DNA of 64,000 nucleotides from a virus (lineage: Duplodnaviria; Caudoviricetes): IMG/VR virus record IMGVR_UViG_3300020045_001640, positions 1 to 64,000 of that record. One strand, written 5' to 3'. The notes below the pieces were generated by a model. The model was not told where the DNA came from and ran no database searches. It saw only the letters and a program-made list of their open reading frames with translations. Shown piece after piece: positions 44,601 through 52,860 of this stretch. The position numbers were made by a program, and so were the translations under genes. Each line of letters starts with the position of its first letter. Position 1 is the stretch's first letter.

Positions 44601-47393
44601 AGCACCACGCAATACTTCAAAAGCAGAGTAGGCTTCTTTGACTTTAGCTGTGTCCATTGCGGCATCTTGTGTAGCCTTGAGGCGTTTCTGGTACTCGATC
44701 AATTCTGGAAACTTGTCACCATACTTTTCAACGGCCTTGGATACAGCGTCGTACATGGCCTTAGTGTCGCCCTCGTATCGCAACTGTTCGGCTTTGACCC
44801 ATTGACCTTTTTCTTCAAGCTCTTTGATTTCCAGCTTTGCCGATGCTTGACGAATCTCTTTCAAGTACACGTCATTGTCACGAGCGACTTGCTCAACCCT
44901 TGCACCTTGGTCTGTAATCTCTTGAATACGTTTATTATGGAAGCCTTGCGCGTCACTCTTACCGTCTTTACGCTTATTGGCAGCATCCTCTTGGGCTTGC
45001 AAAGCGTTGACAGTTTTCATTGAGGCTGCGATTTGAGCGATGCTGATATTCTCAATCATTTCAAGCTTACTAATCATGCCAGCTTTGAACATTGATTGTT
45101 GCTGTTTGTCGTAAGCAGCTTGAGCATGTGATGCTTCTGTCAGGTAGCCTTCTTGAAGTTTGATAGCTTCGTGGTAGGCATCGTTAATACCTTTGGTGTC
45201 TGTCTTGCCACCTAACGTGGCTGTCGGTATACGATCACCTGTGTCGCGCGACTTATCGGCATTGGCTTTAGCTAAGTCAGCATTCTCTTTAGCTTTGGCA
45301 AACAACGTAGCTTCTGCCGCAGCAGCAAGCTTGGTGTTATTAGCCGCATTCTCACGAGCCTTGTTCAATGCTGATTGTGCTTCTTTTTGATCTTGCAACT
45401 GTTTTGTGCGATTGAAGCTAAACTTGGATGTCACTTCATAGAGGTTCTTTTCAGCCTCAGCAATCGCTTTCTGGTCTAACCCAACCATCTTCTGGCGTGA
45501 TTCATCCCTCTCTACTTCTGCGTTAGCATCAAGTAAGCTCTTTTTCTGACGCATCTTGGCATTAACTTTATCGAGAGTCTCAGCCTCTTTCGTCAACCCG
45601 CTAATATACCCTGAAGCGTATGCTTGAGCATCCTTAGCTTGCTTCTGCAAGTCTTCGCCCTTGGCAAGATTGTACGCTGTCCAAGCAACTGCCACGACAC
45701 CCAACACAACTGCCAATGCTGGAAGTGCTGCTGTGAGTGTAAGAGTACCTGCCATCAAACCTGTGATAGCTGTGCCAATAGAGGCAATACCTGCCGCAGC
45801 AGCTTGCCATACAGATGCACCAATCATTGCAGCTTTGACAGCGATTAATCCTACAGCAAGCTTTGTGAGTAAAGGGATGTTCTCAGCAATAGCCATAGCC
45901 AACTTTGCGAACCAGCGTGCCAGTTCTGCAATTGCATCTTTGAAATCTTTAGAACCAAACACCGCTTTCATACGTGACGAGAAAGCAATCACTTCTGGCT
46001 GAATACTTGTGAAAGTCTCAGCAAAGGATGTCTTCAATGTGTTAAACATAGAGTCAACTTGGCTCTTAGCTGTAAGGGCCATCTGTACAGCACCCTTGGC
46101 AGCAAAGCCGTAGCTGTTCTCTACGTTGCGACGGAATCGTGCCAAAGCATTATCACTGTCCCCCAGCTTAGTGTTATACTCTCCCAACAACTGCGTCATC
46201 AATCTTTGGCCACGCTCATTACTCAGACGACCTTGAGCAAGCTTGGACTCACCTTTACTAAGTTTATTCAAGCCCTCATCTAGTAATGTAACAACTTCAA
46301 GCAGCGGTTTAAAGTTACCATCGGCATCTTTAAAGGCTGCTTGTGACAAATTCATTTTGTGTAGCGTGCTGCCAACTTTATCTGATTCTGCTGCCAACTC
46401 TTTGTAGAAGTTCTTCAAGGCTGTACCAGCAGCACTACCTTGAATGCCGAGATTGGACAAGACACCCAAGCTTGTACCAATGTCTTCCAGAGAAATACCG
46501 TACAAACGGTTCACAGAAGATGCAGACTTAAAAGCTTGCGACAAGGTTTCTACGGAGGACATGGACAGGGCTGCTGTCTTAGCGATCACGTCGCCAACGC
46601 GTCCAAATCCCTCAGCAGTGAAGCCGATAGCTGTACCAACGGATACAAGTGTTGTAGCAGCCTTCTCAATAGACACACCACCAACTGTAGCGAGGTTGAG
46701 TGCTGCGCTAATGGACGAGATAGCTTGATCTGCTTTCAGACCCGCTAATACTAATGTCTCGAAAGCTTTAGCGACTTCTTGGGGGCCATACACCCCTTGT
46801 CCCAAGTCCATTACAGACTTACGAATATTGTCAATAGATTCTGTTGTCTCGTTACCGCGTACACGGATACCTTCAAGGGTGTGCTCAACGTCTTTACCGA
46901 CTGAGACAATGCCTTTAAGGGACGCACCAATGGCGACTCCGACCGCCATGCCGGTAAATGCTCCATAAGTCATCCATAAGGCACCAAGTGAACCCGAAAG
47001 TCCGCGAGCCAATGCCCTCCCCTCTAACATCGAGTTGTTGTGCCTCCGTTGATGAACTTCTGCCTGTTGCAGATTTTGGTTCATCAAGTTAAGTGATGTT
47101 GAGAGTAGTGTCATAGCTGCTGCCAGAGCTTGAGTACCTCCCGCAGCAACGCGAGAGTTAGCTGCCATCCCTTGCATGAGGGATGCCTGTTCTCTCAATT
47201 TAGTTATGTAGGAGTCCGCTGCTGTCGTCGCCATGCGATTAGCAGCGTTAATTTTGCCCATAGCCGCGTCTAGTGAGGCAACGCGTTTCTCGGCTGTACT
47301 TGCTGTGTTAGAGAGATTACCCAAGCTAGTATTAGCTTCACGAATACCATCACTGGACACTTTGATAACTAAACTTGTAATATCTTGGGCCAT
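41622..47393 (-). CDS. tape measure protein
   Basis: 1923 aa, Ala-rich helical, TP901-like G..GS.AGTALK, follows the tail chaperones. Confidence 0.92.
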   Translation of the reverse strand: MAQDITSLVIKVSSDGIREANTSLGNLSNTASTAEKRVASLDAAMGKINAANRMATTAADSYITKLREQASLMQGMAANSRVAAGGTQALAAAMTLLSTSLNLMNQNLQQAEVHQRRHNNSMLEGRALARGLSGSLGALWMTYGAFTGMAVGVAIGASLKGIVSVGKDVEHTLEGIRVRGNETTESIDNIRKSVMDLGQGVYGPQEVAKAFETLVLAGLKADQAISSISAALNLATVGGVSIEKAATTLVSVGTAIGFTAEGFGRVGDVIAKTAALSMSSVETLSQAFKSASSVNRLYGISLEDIGTSLGVLSNLGIQGSAAGTALKNFYKELAAESDKVGSTLHKMNLSQAAFKDADGNFKPLLEVVTLLDEGLNKLSKGESKLAQGRLSNERGQRLMTQLLGEYNTKLGDSDNALARFRRNVENSYGFAAKGAVQMALTAKSQVDSMFNTLKTSFAETFTSIQPEVIAFSSRMKAVFGSKDFKDAIAELARWFAKLAMAIAENIPLLTKLAVGLIAVKAAMIGASVWQAAAAGIASIGTAITGLMAGTLTLTAALPALAVVLGVVAVAWTAYNLAKGEDLQKQAKDAQAYASGYISGLTKEAETLDKVNAKMRQKKSLLDANAEVERDESRQKMVGLDQKAIAEAEKNLYEVTSKFSFNRTKQLQDQKEAQSALNKARENAANNTKLAAAAEATLFAKAKENADLAKANADKSRDTGDRIPTATLGGKTDTKGINDAYHEAIKLQEGYLTEASHAQAAYDKQQQSMFKAGMISKLEMIENISIAQIAASMKTVNALQAQEDAANKRKDGKSDAQGFHNKRIQEITDQGARVEQVARDNDVYLKEIRQASAKLEIKELEEKGQWVKAEQLRYEGDTKAMYDAVSKAVEKYGDKFPELIEYQKRLKATQDAAMDTAKVKEAYSAFEVLRGAASNLFKGVIADNEGLGIAGVFSAAQAASEEFATKLPDLQEKLLALKVLMDADPKSDDAAKNYNKALSEMQQLANNQKTMWASVGESISKSLGDAFGSAGKAAGKLFIISQQYGNTQEKLTSNRATAIEKINKSELLGKQKELALSKVNADFDKASSQARIHAYGDMAGAAKMFFNEGSSGYKLLSLAEQGFRAVELAGMLASVNMTVITEGAKNIAKIPGVIMSFMSTMGPWGWAAAAVAIAAVLGGGAASGSGGAEAAQKKRIETQGSGTVLGDSEAKSESIVNSLKLLSEYAFSELEYSNKMLTAMQNIAASLTGVSKSLVLTQGLMTGTAFGTKEGNTTKFGGSIFGGNTSTNIIGAGLEIQGSVGSLAAGEGRTQQYEEVLHKKNGGLFRRDKEWTTKNFSDLTEEFSDSLAQSFVNVRTGLLEIGSSLGLSAADLANTLNEIPVNLAIETRGLKGKELEEAVTSVFSAEMDRITGITLQIVKPFQQMGEGLLETAVRVSNSFRVIDLELQSVGMTFGAVGTESMKARMGFIDMMGGLEEFTSKTDFFKDNFLTDAQRLAPVSAAVSKEMARLEQSSITTTEQYAALVQSQDLSTLAGQEMYVALMNVAPAFKIVADAAKELAGQRAEIEGTIYDMTHTAVEALTRQRNLELEALDESLRPLQSRVFALQDEATAAEALSVISEARASLEEKIYDMTHTKAEALTRQRNAELSAMDESLRPLQSRIYALDDEAKALAAATELATKRVNMEIQIMQLQGDKSGALAASRKIEMDAMDATLRPLQRMINALNAQATASDAVVASYNSVHDIATKIKSLVSGISNSVSDSIFGMKFGMEGNAGKYGMLDVRGARLNDQMHSSGDIYSIASIAQEQIALINQAWGLLDPEQQKAQILPFEAKLNEINSYVMQNGADPVALAKAQNAETARAIAEAVKTAIAEAMADPTSALSKAAADVKAAAADVKVAANTPAQANISVSVTAPVGSEVSVA

Positions 47394-47402
47394 CTTTTGT
47401 CC

Positions 47403-48341
47403 TTATTGTTTTGATATAGGCATTACAAAGTCTAGAAGATCCTCTAGCACAACATCTGTAAAGCACTCAGTAAATCCGTCAAACACCTGCTCAACTCCGT
47501 TATAGTTACTTCTTAGCCAAGACAGTGTGGCCTTTTCAATACGTTGTATCTTAGCGCCATCTGTAGAGAAAATTTCAGTGTGTACTTTGAAATCTAAACC
47601 AGATGTTCTACTAATACTCCTGAGTCTTTTACTAACTGTCCGATTGGTTATTCCCACCTTGGTGATATTGTCAACTAGTAGTATATAGAATACGCCAGCT
47701 TTAGTCTTACAATATCCCGCACCAGCACAGTCGGGGCAACCATGTCCTCGCATATGGTTACTGGGGGATACAGGAAAATCTCCATGATCTTTACACGTAA
47801 CGTTGACAAGACACCTTCCATTGTCCCCCATTATCACATTCGTATAAGTATACTTATAGTTGTGCGCTATGTTTGATCTCTCTATAAACTCAGGTAAAGT
47901 CGTCCTCCTAAGTGCTGCAACAGTCTCAATACCACAATCTCTACAACCATCTCCGCACTTGTGCTTTGACGCCACTAAAGTAAACTTACCATGTTTTCGG
48001 CAGATAACATCCACAGGGATCTCATCCTTAATGTAGACAGTCTCTGAATAGTCGTACTTGTCTCCATGCACAGCAGTACAACCAATAATAAACTGTTCTT
48101 GTGTCAGTGTTCTGGACTTTGCCCTCTTGACAAATCCGCAAAACTTACAGCCTTGACCAGACCTATGTTTACCTGCCATAATATTAAAGACGCCGTGTTC
48201 AGGGCAAGTAACATCTATAAACCCTTCAGTAGTCTCGTACTTCGTGTGCTCGTAAGTGTAGTAGCCCTTGTGGATTTCCGTAACTTCTGCAATGTACTGC
48301 TCTGGAGACTTCCTGCGGTTCAATCTAATTTCTTTTACCAT
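47403..48341 (-). CDS. free-standing endonuclease: C..HG repeats plus GIY-YIG/T5orf172-like domain
   Basis: CPEHG/CRKHG/CKDHG; FYIL..TKVGITN..R; DGFTECF. Confidence 0.75.
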   Translation of the reverse strand: MVKEIRLNRRKSPEQYIAEVTEIHKGYYTYEHTKYETTEGFIDVTCPEHGVFNIMAGKHRSGQGCKFCGFVKRAKSRTLTQEQFIIGCTAVHGDKYDYSETVYIKDEIPVDVICRKHGKFTLVASKHKCGDGCRDCGIETVAALRRTTLPEFIERSNIAHNYKYTYTNVIMGDNGRCLVNVTCKDHGDFPVSPSNHMRGHGCPDCAGAGYCKTKAGVFYILLVDNITKVGITNRTVSKRLRSISRTSGLDFKVHTEIFSTDGAKIQRIEKATLSWLRSNYNGVEQVFDGFTECFTDVVLEDLLDFVMPISKQ

Positions 48342-48422
48342 TTACACCCTTCGTATATCCAACATTGTGAATACACTAGGTGGACTGTCGCTAACATGGC
48401 AGACAGTCCGTAGTGTTCTTTA

Positions 48423-48941
48423 CTATTCCTTCTTACCAAACATCTCTAACAATGATTCTTTCAGTCGCATACTCTCTGCGTAGGCTTCATCCTTACTAAT
48501 ATCTTCAAGAATAATCTCTTTAGGGCATGGACGATTCGGAGCGTTCTCTGAAGCCTCTGAGCAATACTCTGAGCTTAGGAAGCGTATAGTTTGGAGTTCC
48601 CAATCACTCAACGTCGTGTGTGTCATCACAACAGGCATCCAGCGATTCGTGGGAGACTTAACCCACTCTATGTATTCTTCTTTGAAGAACAACTCAGCCC
48701 AAGCTTTAATCTCTTCCCATGAGATAGCTGTGATACCCATACCTCCTGATCCCACTGTTCCTACTTCATGCCAGATTTCAGCAAGCCATCTTTCGTAGGT
48801 TGACAGCGGAGCCATTTCGAGGTATGGTGAGCCTTCTAGATAACACTCTCTGCGTGGCTTGTCACCCTTGTCTGGCGTAGTGTTGAGCCAAGCAGTGTGA
48901 CGAGCGTACGCAGAGAGGGAGGTTCTTACTTCTGCAAAAAA
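48423..48941 (-). CDS. tail assembly chaperone, C-terminal (gpT-like) part reached by -1 frameshift
   Basis: The -1 frame is open from the slippery site into ORF 48423..48815. Confidence 0.75.
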   Translation of the reverse strand, partial: FFAEVRTSLSAYARHTAWLNTTPDKGDKPRRECYLEGSPYLEMAPLSTYERWLAEIWHEVGTVGSGGMGITAISWEEIKAWAELFFKEEYIEWVKSPTNRWMPVVMTHTTLSDWELQTIRFLSSEYCSEASENAPNRPCPKEIILEDISKDEAYAESMRLKESLLEMFGKKE

Positions 48942-49330
48942 CTAGCATCGACCTCAAGGAAGGCGCTTACTTGATCTTTTACCCAATACAGAGTAGGATC
49001 GCTGAACAGTTCAACAAACTTGTCAGTGTTGTTAATTGGTACACCGTCGCCAAGGTCAAAGTTAAAAGCCTCTTGACAGACGGTTGCGAGCAGCTTATTA
49101 TTAGCTTCAACGTTCTGTTCAAAAGTGGCTTTGCCGTTACGACCAGCTTGTTTGCGCGAGAGTTCTGAAACAGCGTTGCGATAGGCTTTAGAAGCTTTAC
49201 CGGCTACGAGGATTTCAAGGGGAAGCTTCTCCTTGTCGTCAGCGTACAGAGCAACGTCTGTTTCTGGATCACGCAAGTGCAGACGTGCGGTTTCTTGGAT
49301 TTGTTTTGCTTTGATGTTAAAAACTGCCAT
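48926..49330 (-). CDS. tail assembly chaperone (gpG-like)
   Basis: Between tail tube and tape measure; slippery end. Confidence 0.8.
   Translation of the reverse strand: MAVFNIKAKQIQETARLHLRDPETDVALYADDKEKLPLEILVAGKASKAYRNAVSELSRKQAGRNGKATFEQNVEANNKLLATVCQEAFNFDLGDGVPINNTDKFVELFSDPTLYWVKDQVSAFLEVDASFLQK
48935..48941 (-). other. -1 ribosomal frameshift heptamer T TTT TTG
   Basis: GCT AGT TTT TTG CAG AAG TAA; X XXY YYZ pattern. Confidence 0.75.
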
Positions 49331-49394
49331 GATTTTGATTCCTTTAGTGTGGTGAATTAATGTACGTCCTGCTTATGCAGAATCTGTAGTGAAG

Positions 49395-49418
49395 AATGGC
49401 TAACACTTGTTAGCCATT
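49395..49418 (-). terminator. 10-bp hairpin after the tail tube gene
   Basis: aatggctaac-actt-gttagccatt. Confidence 0.55.
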
Positions 49419-49474
49419 TATTGCAAGCTAGAAGAGTGGCAGATATAAGGTCTGCTCACTCGTAGCACAACTAT

Positions 49475-49918
49475 TTAAGCCAGAATAATGTTACCAGACA
49501 GTTCCACAGTGGCGTCAAAGCCGGTGATAGAGCCGGCACCACCAACAGCCGTTTGATATCCCATGACCAAGCCTTGTACATACATCTTGGTAGCGTCAGC
49601 CAGAGTAATCAAGATCGAGTAAGGTGCTTGCGAATCCGAAGCAGCGATGAAAATCGTTTGGCCTGGATCACTCGGCGCGCGCGCGCCTTTTACGCTTAAA
49701 TTCCCAGAATTTGCGATACCCTTGAGCTTATATGTGGTAGGATCGTTCACAGGGGTATGCGTAATCAGGCCGAAGGTTTTACCCAAAGTACCGATTTCTG
49801 TTACTTCTTTAACCACTGTGTAAGTCAGCGCGCCGAAGCCTGCTGCGTCGTAGGTTGCTGGTACGCCAGCGGAGATGGAGAGTGAACTTCCGGCAGAACT
49901 GAAGGCAAGAGTAGCCAT
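49475..49918 (-). CDS. major tail tube protein
   Basis: SAG..L.IS.G.PAT.DAAGF.AL, EVT.IG..G. Confidence 0.8.
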   Translation of the reverse strand: MATLAFSSAGSSLSISAGVPATYDAAGFGALTYTVVKEVTEIGTLGKTFGLITHTPVNDPTTYKLKGIANSGNLSVKGARAPSDPGQTIFIAASDSQAPYSILITLADATKMYVQGLVMGYQTAVGGAGSITGFDATVELSGNIILA

Positions 49919-49941
49919 ATTGTGTTTCCTTTAAGTTTAAA

Positions 49942-50298
49942 TTAGATCAAGATGAAAGCATCTACAACAGCACCTGTAGCTGCGGAGATGGAGACGCTGC
50001 CCACTAAATAGGCTGGCACTGTATCAAGACGAACGACTGCATACGCGTTAGCAGCTACAGTAATCGCATAACCTGCTGCCACGGACAGAGTTGCCCCGCC
50101 ACAGCCCGGAACAGTGACAGTAGTGCCAGAGGCACCGTCAAGGGTTACTACAACACTGGACGCACTAGTATTAGCAAGAATAAGTTCTTGCCCGCCGTTG
50201 GGTGTGTAGACCAGAGTATCGCCTGATGTTGCTAGTGCGACCTTAGTAGGGGTGAAAGAACCTAGTACGTTCTTCAGAGTATTTGTAACAACAGCCAT
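49942..50298 (-). CDS. small beta-rich virion protein
   Basis: Ala/Thr/Val-rich; next to the tail tube. Confidence 0.65.
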   Translation of the reverse strand: MAVVTNTLKNVLGSFTPTKVALATSGDTLVYTPNGGQELILANTSASSVVVTLDGASGTTVTVPGCGGATLSVAAGYAITVAANAYAVVRLDTVPAYLVGSVSISAATGAVVDAFILI

Positions 50299-50301
50299 GA
50301 T

Positions 50302-51237
50302 TTATTCCTTATTGGTTAGAATTGTGCAGCACGCCTCAGACACGTTTAGTAACAGAGCGTTAATTTCGACAGCCTTAAAACACTCGGTATGGCCGTCATG
50401 CTTGTCGTCAGTTTTAAAGCATTCCTCTGACAACTGTTTTAGTACGATCTCCTCAAGCTTTTTAGCTACTTCGCCATCTTGAAACTTAATGAAGAACGAT
50501 ACAGTAAAATCTTTACCGCTACTGTCGGCAATTTCTTTGGCCCGCACACCCACTTTTCGGTTAGTGATACCTACCTTAGTTGTACCATCCGACGATTGAA
50601 GTACATAAAACACACCGGGCTTGTTAGTACGATACCCTGTCTTCATGCACTTCTGACACCCCTTCCCTACAGAGTGCGCTCTAGATGATTGTGAGAACAT
50701 CCCGTGTTCTTTGCAAACTATATTAACAAGGTCGTCCATAGTGCGGTACACAGTTCCAGAGTAGTCATACTTATCCCCGTGTTGCTGCTTACACATACTG
50801 ATAAACTCTTGCTGCGTAAGTCGGGGCCGTCTTACGATATTCTTAGCACAAGATGGACACCCTCGACCACTCAGATGTTCGTTTGGGGTTTGCCAGAAAC
50901 TACTATGCTCTTTGCAAACTACTTCAACTTTAACCTTTGCAGAAATGTACTCAACTAGTGAATAATCGTAAGTATGTTGATGTAACACCTCTGCCTTACT
51001 GATAAATTCTTGAGTGTTTCCAGTGCTTGCCAAGCCCCTCTTTACAGAGGCACAAGTTGGGCATCCTTGTCCCGATAAATGCTTTGATGGAGATTGACGG
51101 AAGATTCCGTGAACCTTGCACTCGATATCAACGTGTTGCTTGTTACCTACATACTCTACATTAGAGTAGTTATAAAGGTCGCCATGTAGCAGAACTGACT
51201 TGTCCATGAAGTCTTTTGTAGTCAGTCGTCTAGACAC
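50302..51237 (-). CDS. free-standing endonuclease: C..HG repeats plus GIY-YIG/T5orf172-like domain
   Basis: CKVHG/CKEHS/CKEHG; FYVL..TKVGITN; DGHTECF. Confidence 0.75.
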   Translation of the reverse strand: MSRRLTTKDFMDKSVLLHGDLYNYSNVEYVGNKQHVDIECKVHGIFRQSPSKHLSGQGCPTCASVKRGLASTGNTQEFISKAEVLHQHTYDYSLVEYISAKVKVEVVCKEHSSFWQTPNEHLSGRGCPSCAKNIVRRPRLTQQEFISMCKQQHGDKYDYSGTVYRTMDDLVNIVCKEHGMFSQSSRAHSVGKGCQKCMKTGYRTNKPGVFYVLQSSDGTTKVGITNRKVGVRAKEIADSSGKDFTVSFFIKFQDGEVAKKLEEIVLKQLSEECFKTDDKHDGHTECFKAVEINALLLNVSEACCTILTNKE

Positions 51238-51249
51238 TTTTACCTCTTA

Positions 51250-51648
51250 TTAAGATTGTTGTTCTAACCTGTAGCTAATAACAACAGGTGTAATACGATA
51301 CCCGCTAGGGTCTAAGATTGCTTGCTTCTCACTCGGAGTGTTCTCAATACTCACACTACCCTGTTTCGGCACAAGCGGGAAACTTGTCTTGATTGCTGCA
51401 ACAATATCGTCTGTCTGTTTTGTGCCATTTCCCACAGGACACCACACATTAATCTGCATGATTCCTACTTGGCGCTGTCTAGTACCGTCAACAGTGACAT
51501 CTATTGTCGCTGCTGGCATGATAAACATTTCAAGGAATGGTGCATTACCTAGAGGCTTTGTGAACTTAGTATTCTCAAGACACAGAGGCAACGATAAAGA
51601 GGTTGCGAGGGTGGCAAGTCTATTGCTCAATTCTGATCTCACACTCAC
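51250..51648 (-). CDS. tail terminator-like protein
   Basis: EN..F.KP, G..QINV.CP.G.GT; position. Confidence 0.7.
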   Translation of the reverse strand: MSVRSELSNRLATLATSLSLPLCLENTKFTKPLGNAPFLEMFIMPAATIDVTVDGTRQRQVGIMQINVWCPVGNGTKQTDDIVAAIKTSFPLVPKQGSVSIENTPSEKQAILDPSGYRITPVVISYRLEQQS

Positions 51649-52091
51649 ATGTATTTACCTTTCGTAGCAGCTACACTTAAAGCCACCATACGGTAGGGCT
51701 TCACATCATTTGACCAGACCCACCCGTTCGTACCCTCACCGGGCTTCCATCCCAAGACTTCAGCGTAATACGCCTGCTCAGTGTTGTTAGCAAGGGTCAG
51801 AATATTGTCCTTGCCAAAGAACGGCTTCTGTGCAATACTAGCTTTAATCCGAGCAAGGCTATCAGCACCAGAGTCGCTTGTAGCCGCTGTGATAGCAGTG
51901 CTTGGTGTTGGCCCTACAGCAGCGTACCATTGATTCTTTAGCTGGCCTTGAGAGTACTTTGCACCAAGAGCATGAGTAGGGCTAAGCTCTACAGCAGAAG
52001 TAGAGAGTTCTTCAAACACCTTACATGTGGCAGCATTCGCTGCAAGGAGAGCCTTCTGCTCCCACTTCTTAACGTCGTCAGCAAAGCTCAT
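51645..52091 (-). CDS. neck/tail-completion (HK97 gp10-like) protein
   Basis: G.LKNQW, LANN..AY..E.LGW. Confidence 0.7.
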   Translation of the reverse strand: MSFADDVKKWEQKALLAANAATCKVFEELSTSAVELSPTHALGAKYSQGQLKNQWYAAVGPTPSTAITAATSDSGADSLARIKASIAQKPFFGKDNILTLANNTEQAYYAEVLGWKPGEGTNGWVWSNDVKPYRMVALSVAATKGKYM

Positions 52092-52110
52092 TGTTGTCTT
52101 TCTTCTTGGT

Positions 52111-52143
52111 GCGCATTATAGCCTATTGAGTGCTTCTTGTCAA
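52111..52143 (-). promoter_or_regulatory. promoter TTGACA-17-TATAAT(GCGC)
   Basis: Hexamers at 52143-52138 and 52120-52115. Confidence 0.8.
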
Positions 52144-52156
52144 GAGGGACACTGCG

Positions 52157-52435
52157 TCAATGACGTTTACAAGAAAGCACAAGTGTCAGTGTTGTAATCC
52201 TTGGAGGCACTGTACTGGTAGTAATCGTGTTTGCAAGATAGTATATCGTGTTGGCAACACCCCCTGTAGCAAACACAGAAGTTTTACCTCCCTCAATCTG
52301 CCCGTTAGACAATGTAAGCCCTCCTACATCTGCCCAGACACTATCCACAATCGTCTCACCAGTAGCTAACCACTTGGAGTAGTCAAAGCCGTAGTCTAGC
52401 GATGCTCCCGGTGAGTGTTCAAATTCATTATTCAT
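52157..52435 (-). CDS. fibre adaptor-like small virion protein
   Basis: P...LDYGFD.S.WL.TGETI..S.W; GG. Confidence 0.6.
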   Translation of the reverse strand: MNNEFEHSPGASLDYGFDYSKWLATGETIVDSVWADVGGLTLSNGQIEGGKTSVFATGGVANTIYYLANTITTSTVPPRITTLTLVLSCKRH

Positions 52436-52443
52436 ATTTTCCT

Positions 52444-52860
52444 TTAGCGCCTCACTACTACGAAGCTTTGACGTGGTGGGACACTTATAGAGCGCCTTAT
52501 TTCCAGTGTGTACGATATAATTGCACCATCAACTGAATATGTGCAGACAAGGTTGCTTGACACAACACTCTGATCGAATACTGAATAGCTTCCAGTGATG
52601 TCTGAATAAACTTCCACATTGACGCTGTACGAAGCTACCAAGTCTGCCAACACACTTGACATTGCGCTGTCAATGTTATAACTACTTAATAGGTCAGAGC
52701 TTACTGAAGTCAATACCAAATAGTTTGCAACAAGGTCTGCGGATACGAGTGAATGTACGCCATAGGAGCAGACCATATCTGCGCTTACCGGAGCTGACCC
52801 GGCAAATTCGGCAGCACTCGCTGATATCGGCGCGCTGCCCAGTGGCGAAACGCCGAGCAT
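52444..52860 (-). CDS. Ser/Val-rich repetitive virion protein
   Basis: About 16-aa VSADL..SY.V repeats. Confidence 0.6.
   Translation of the reverse strand: MLGVSPLGSAPISASAAEFAGSAPVSADMVCSYGVHSLVSADLVANYLVLTSVSSDLLSSYNIDSAMSSVLADLVASYSVNVEVYSDITGSYSVFDQSVVSSNLVCTYSVDGAIISYTLEIRRSISVPPRQSFVVVRR

Noticed and set aside
48374-48415. Hairpin ggactgtc/gacagtcc upstream of an endonuclease gene as another loop-promoter
   Set aside because: The loop has only a weak CATGTT and there is no -35 at the right spacing; kept as a simple RNA hairpin
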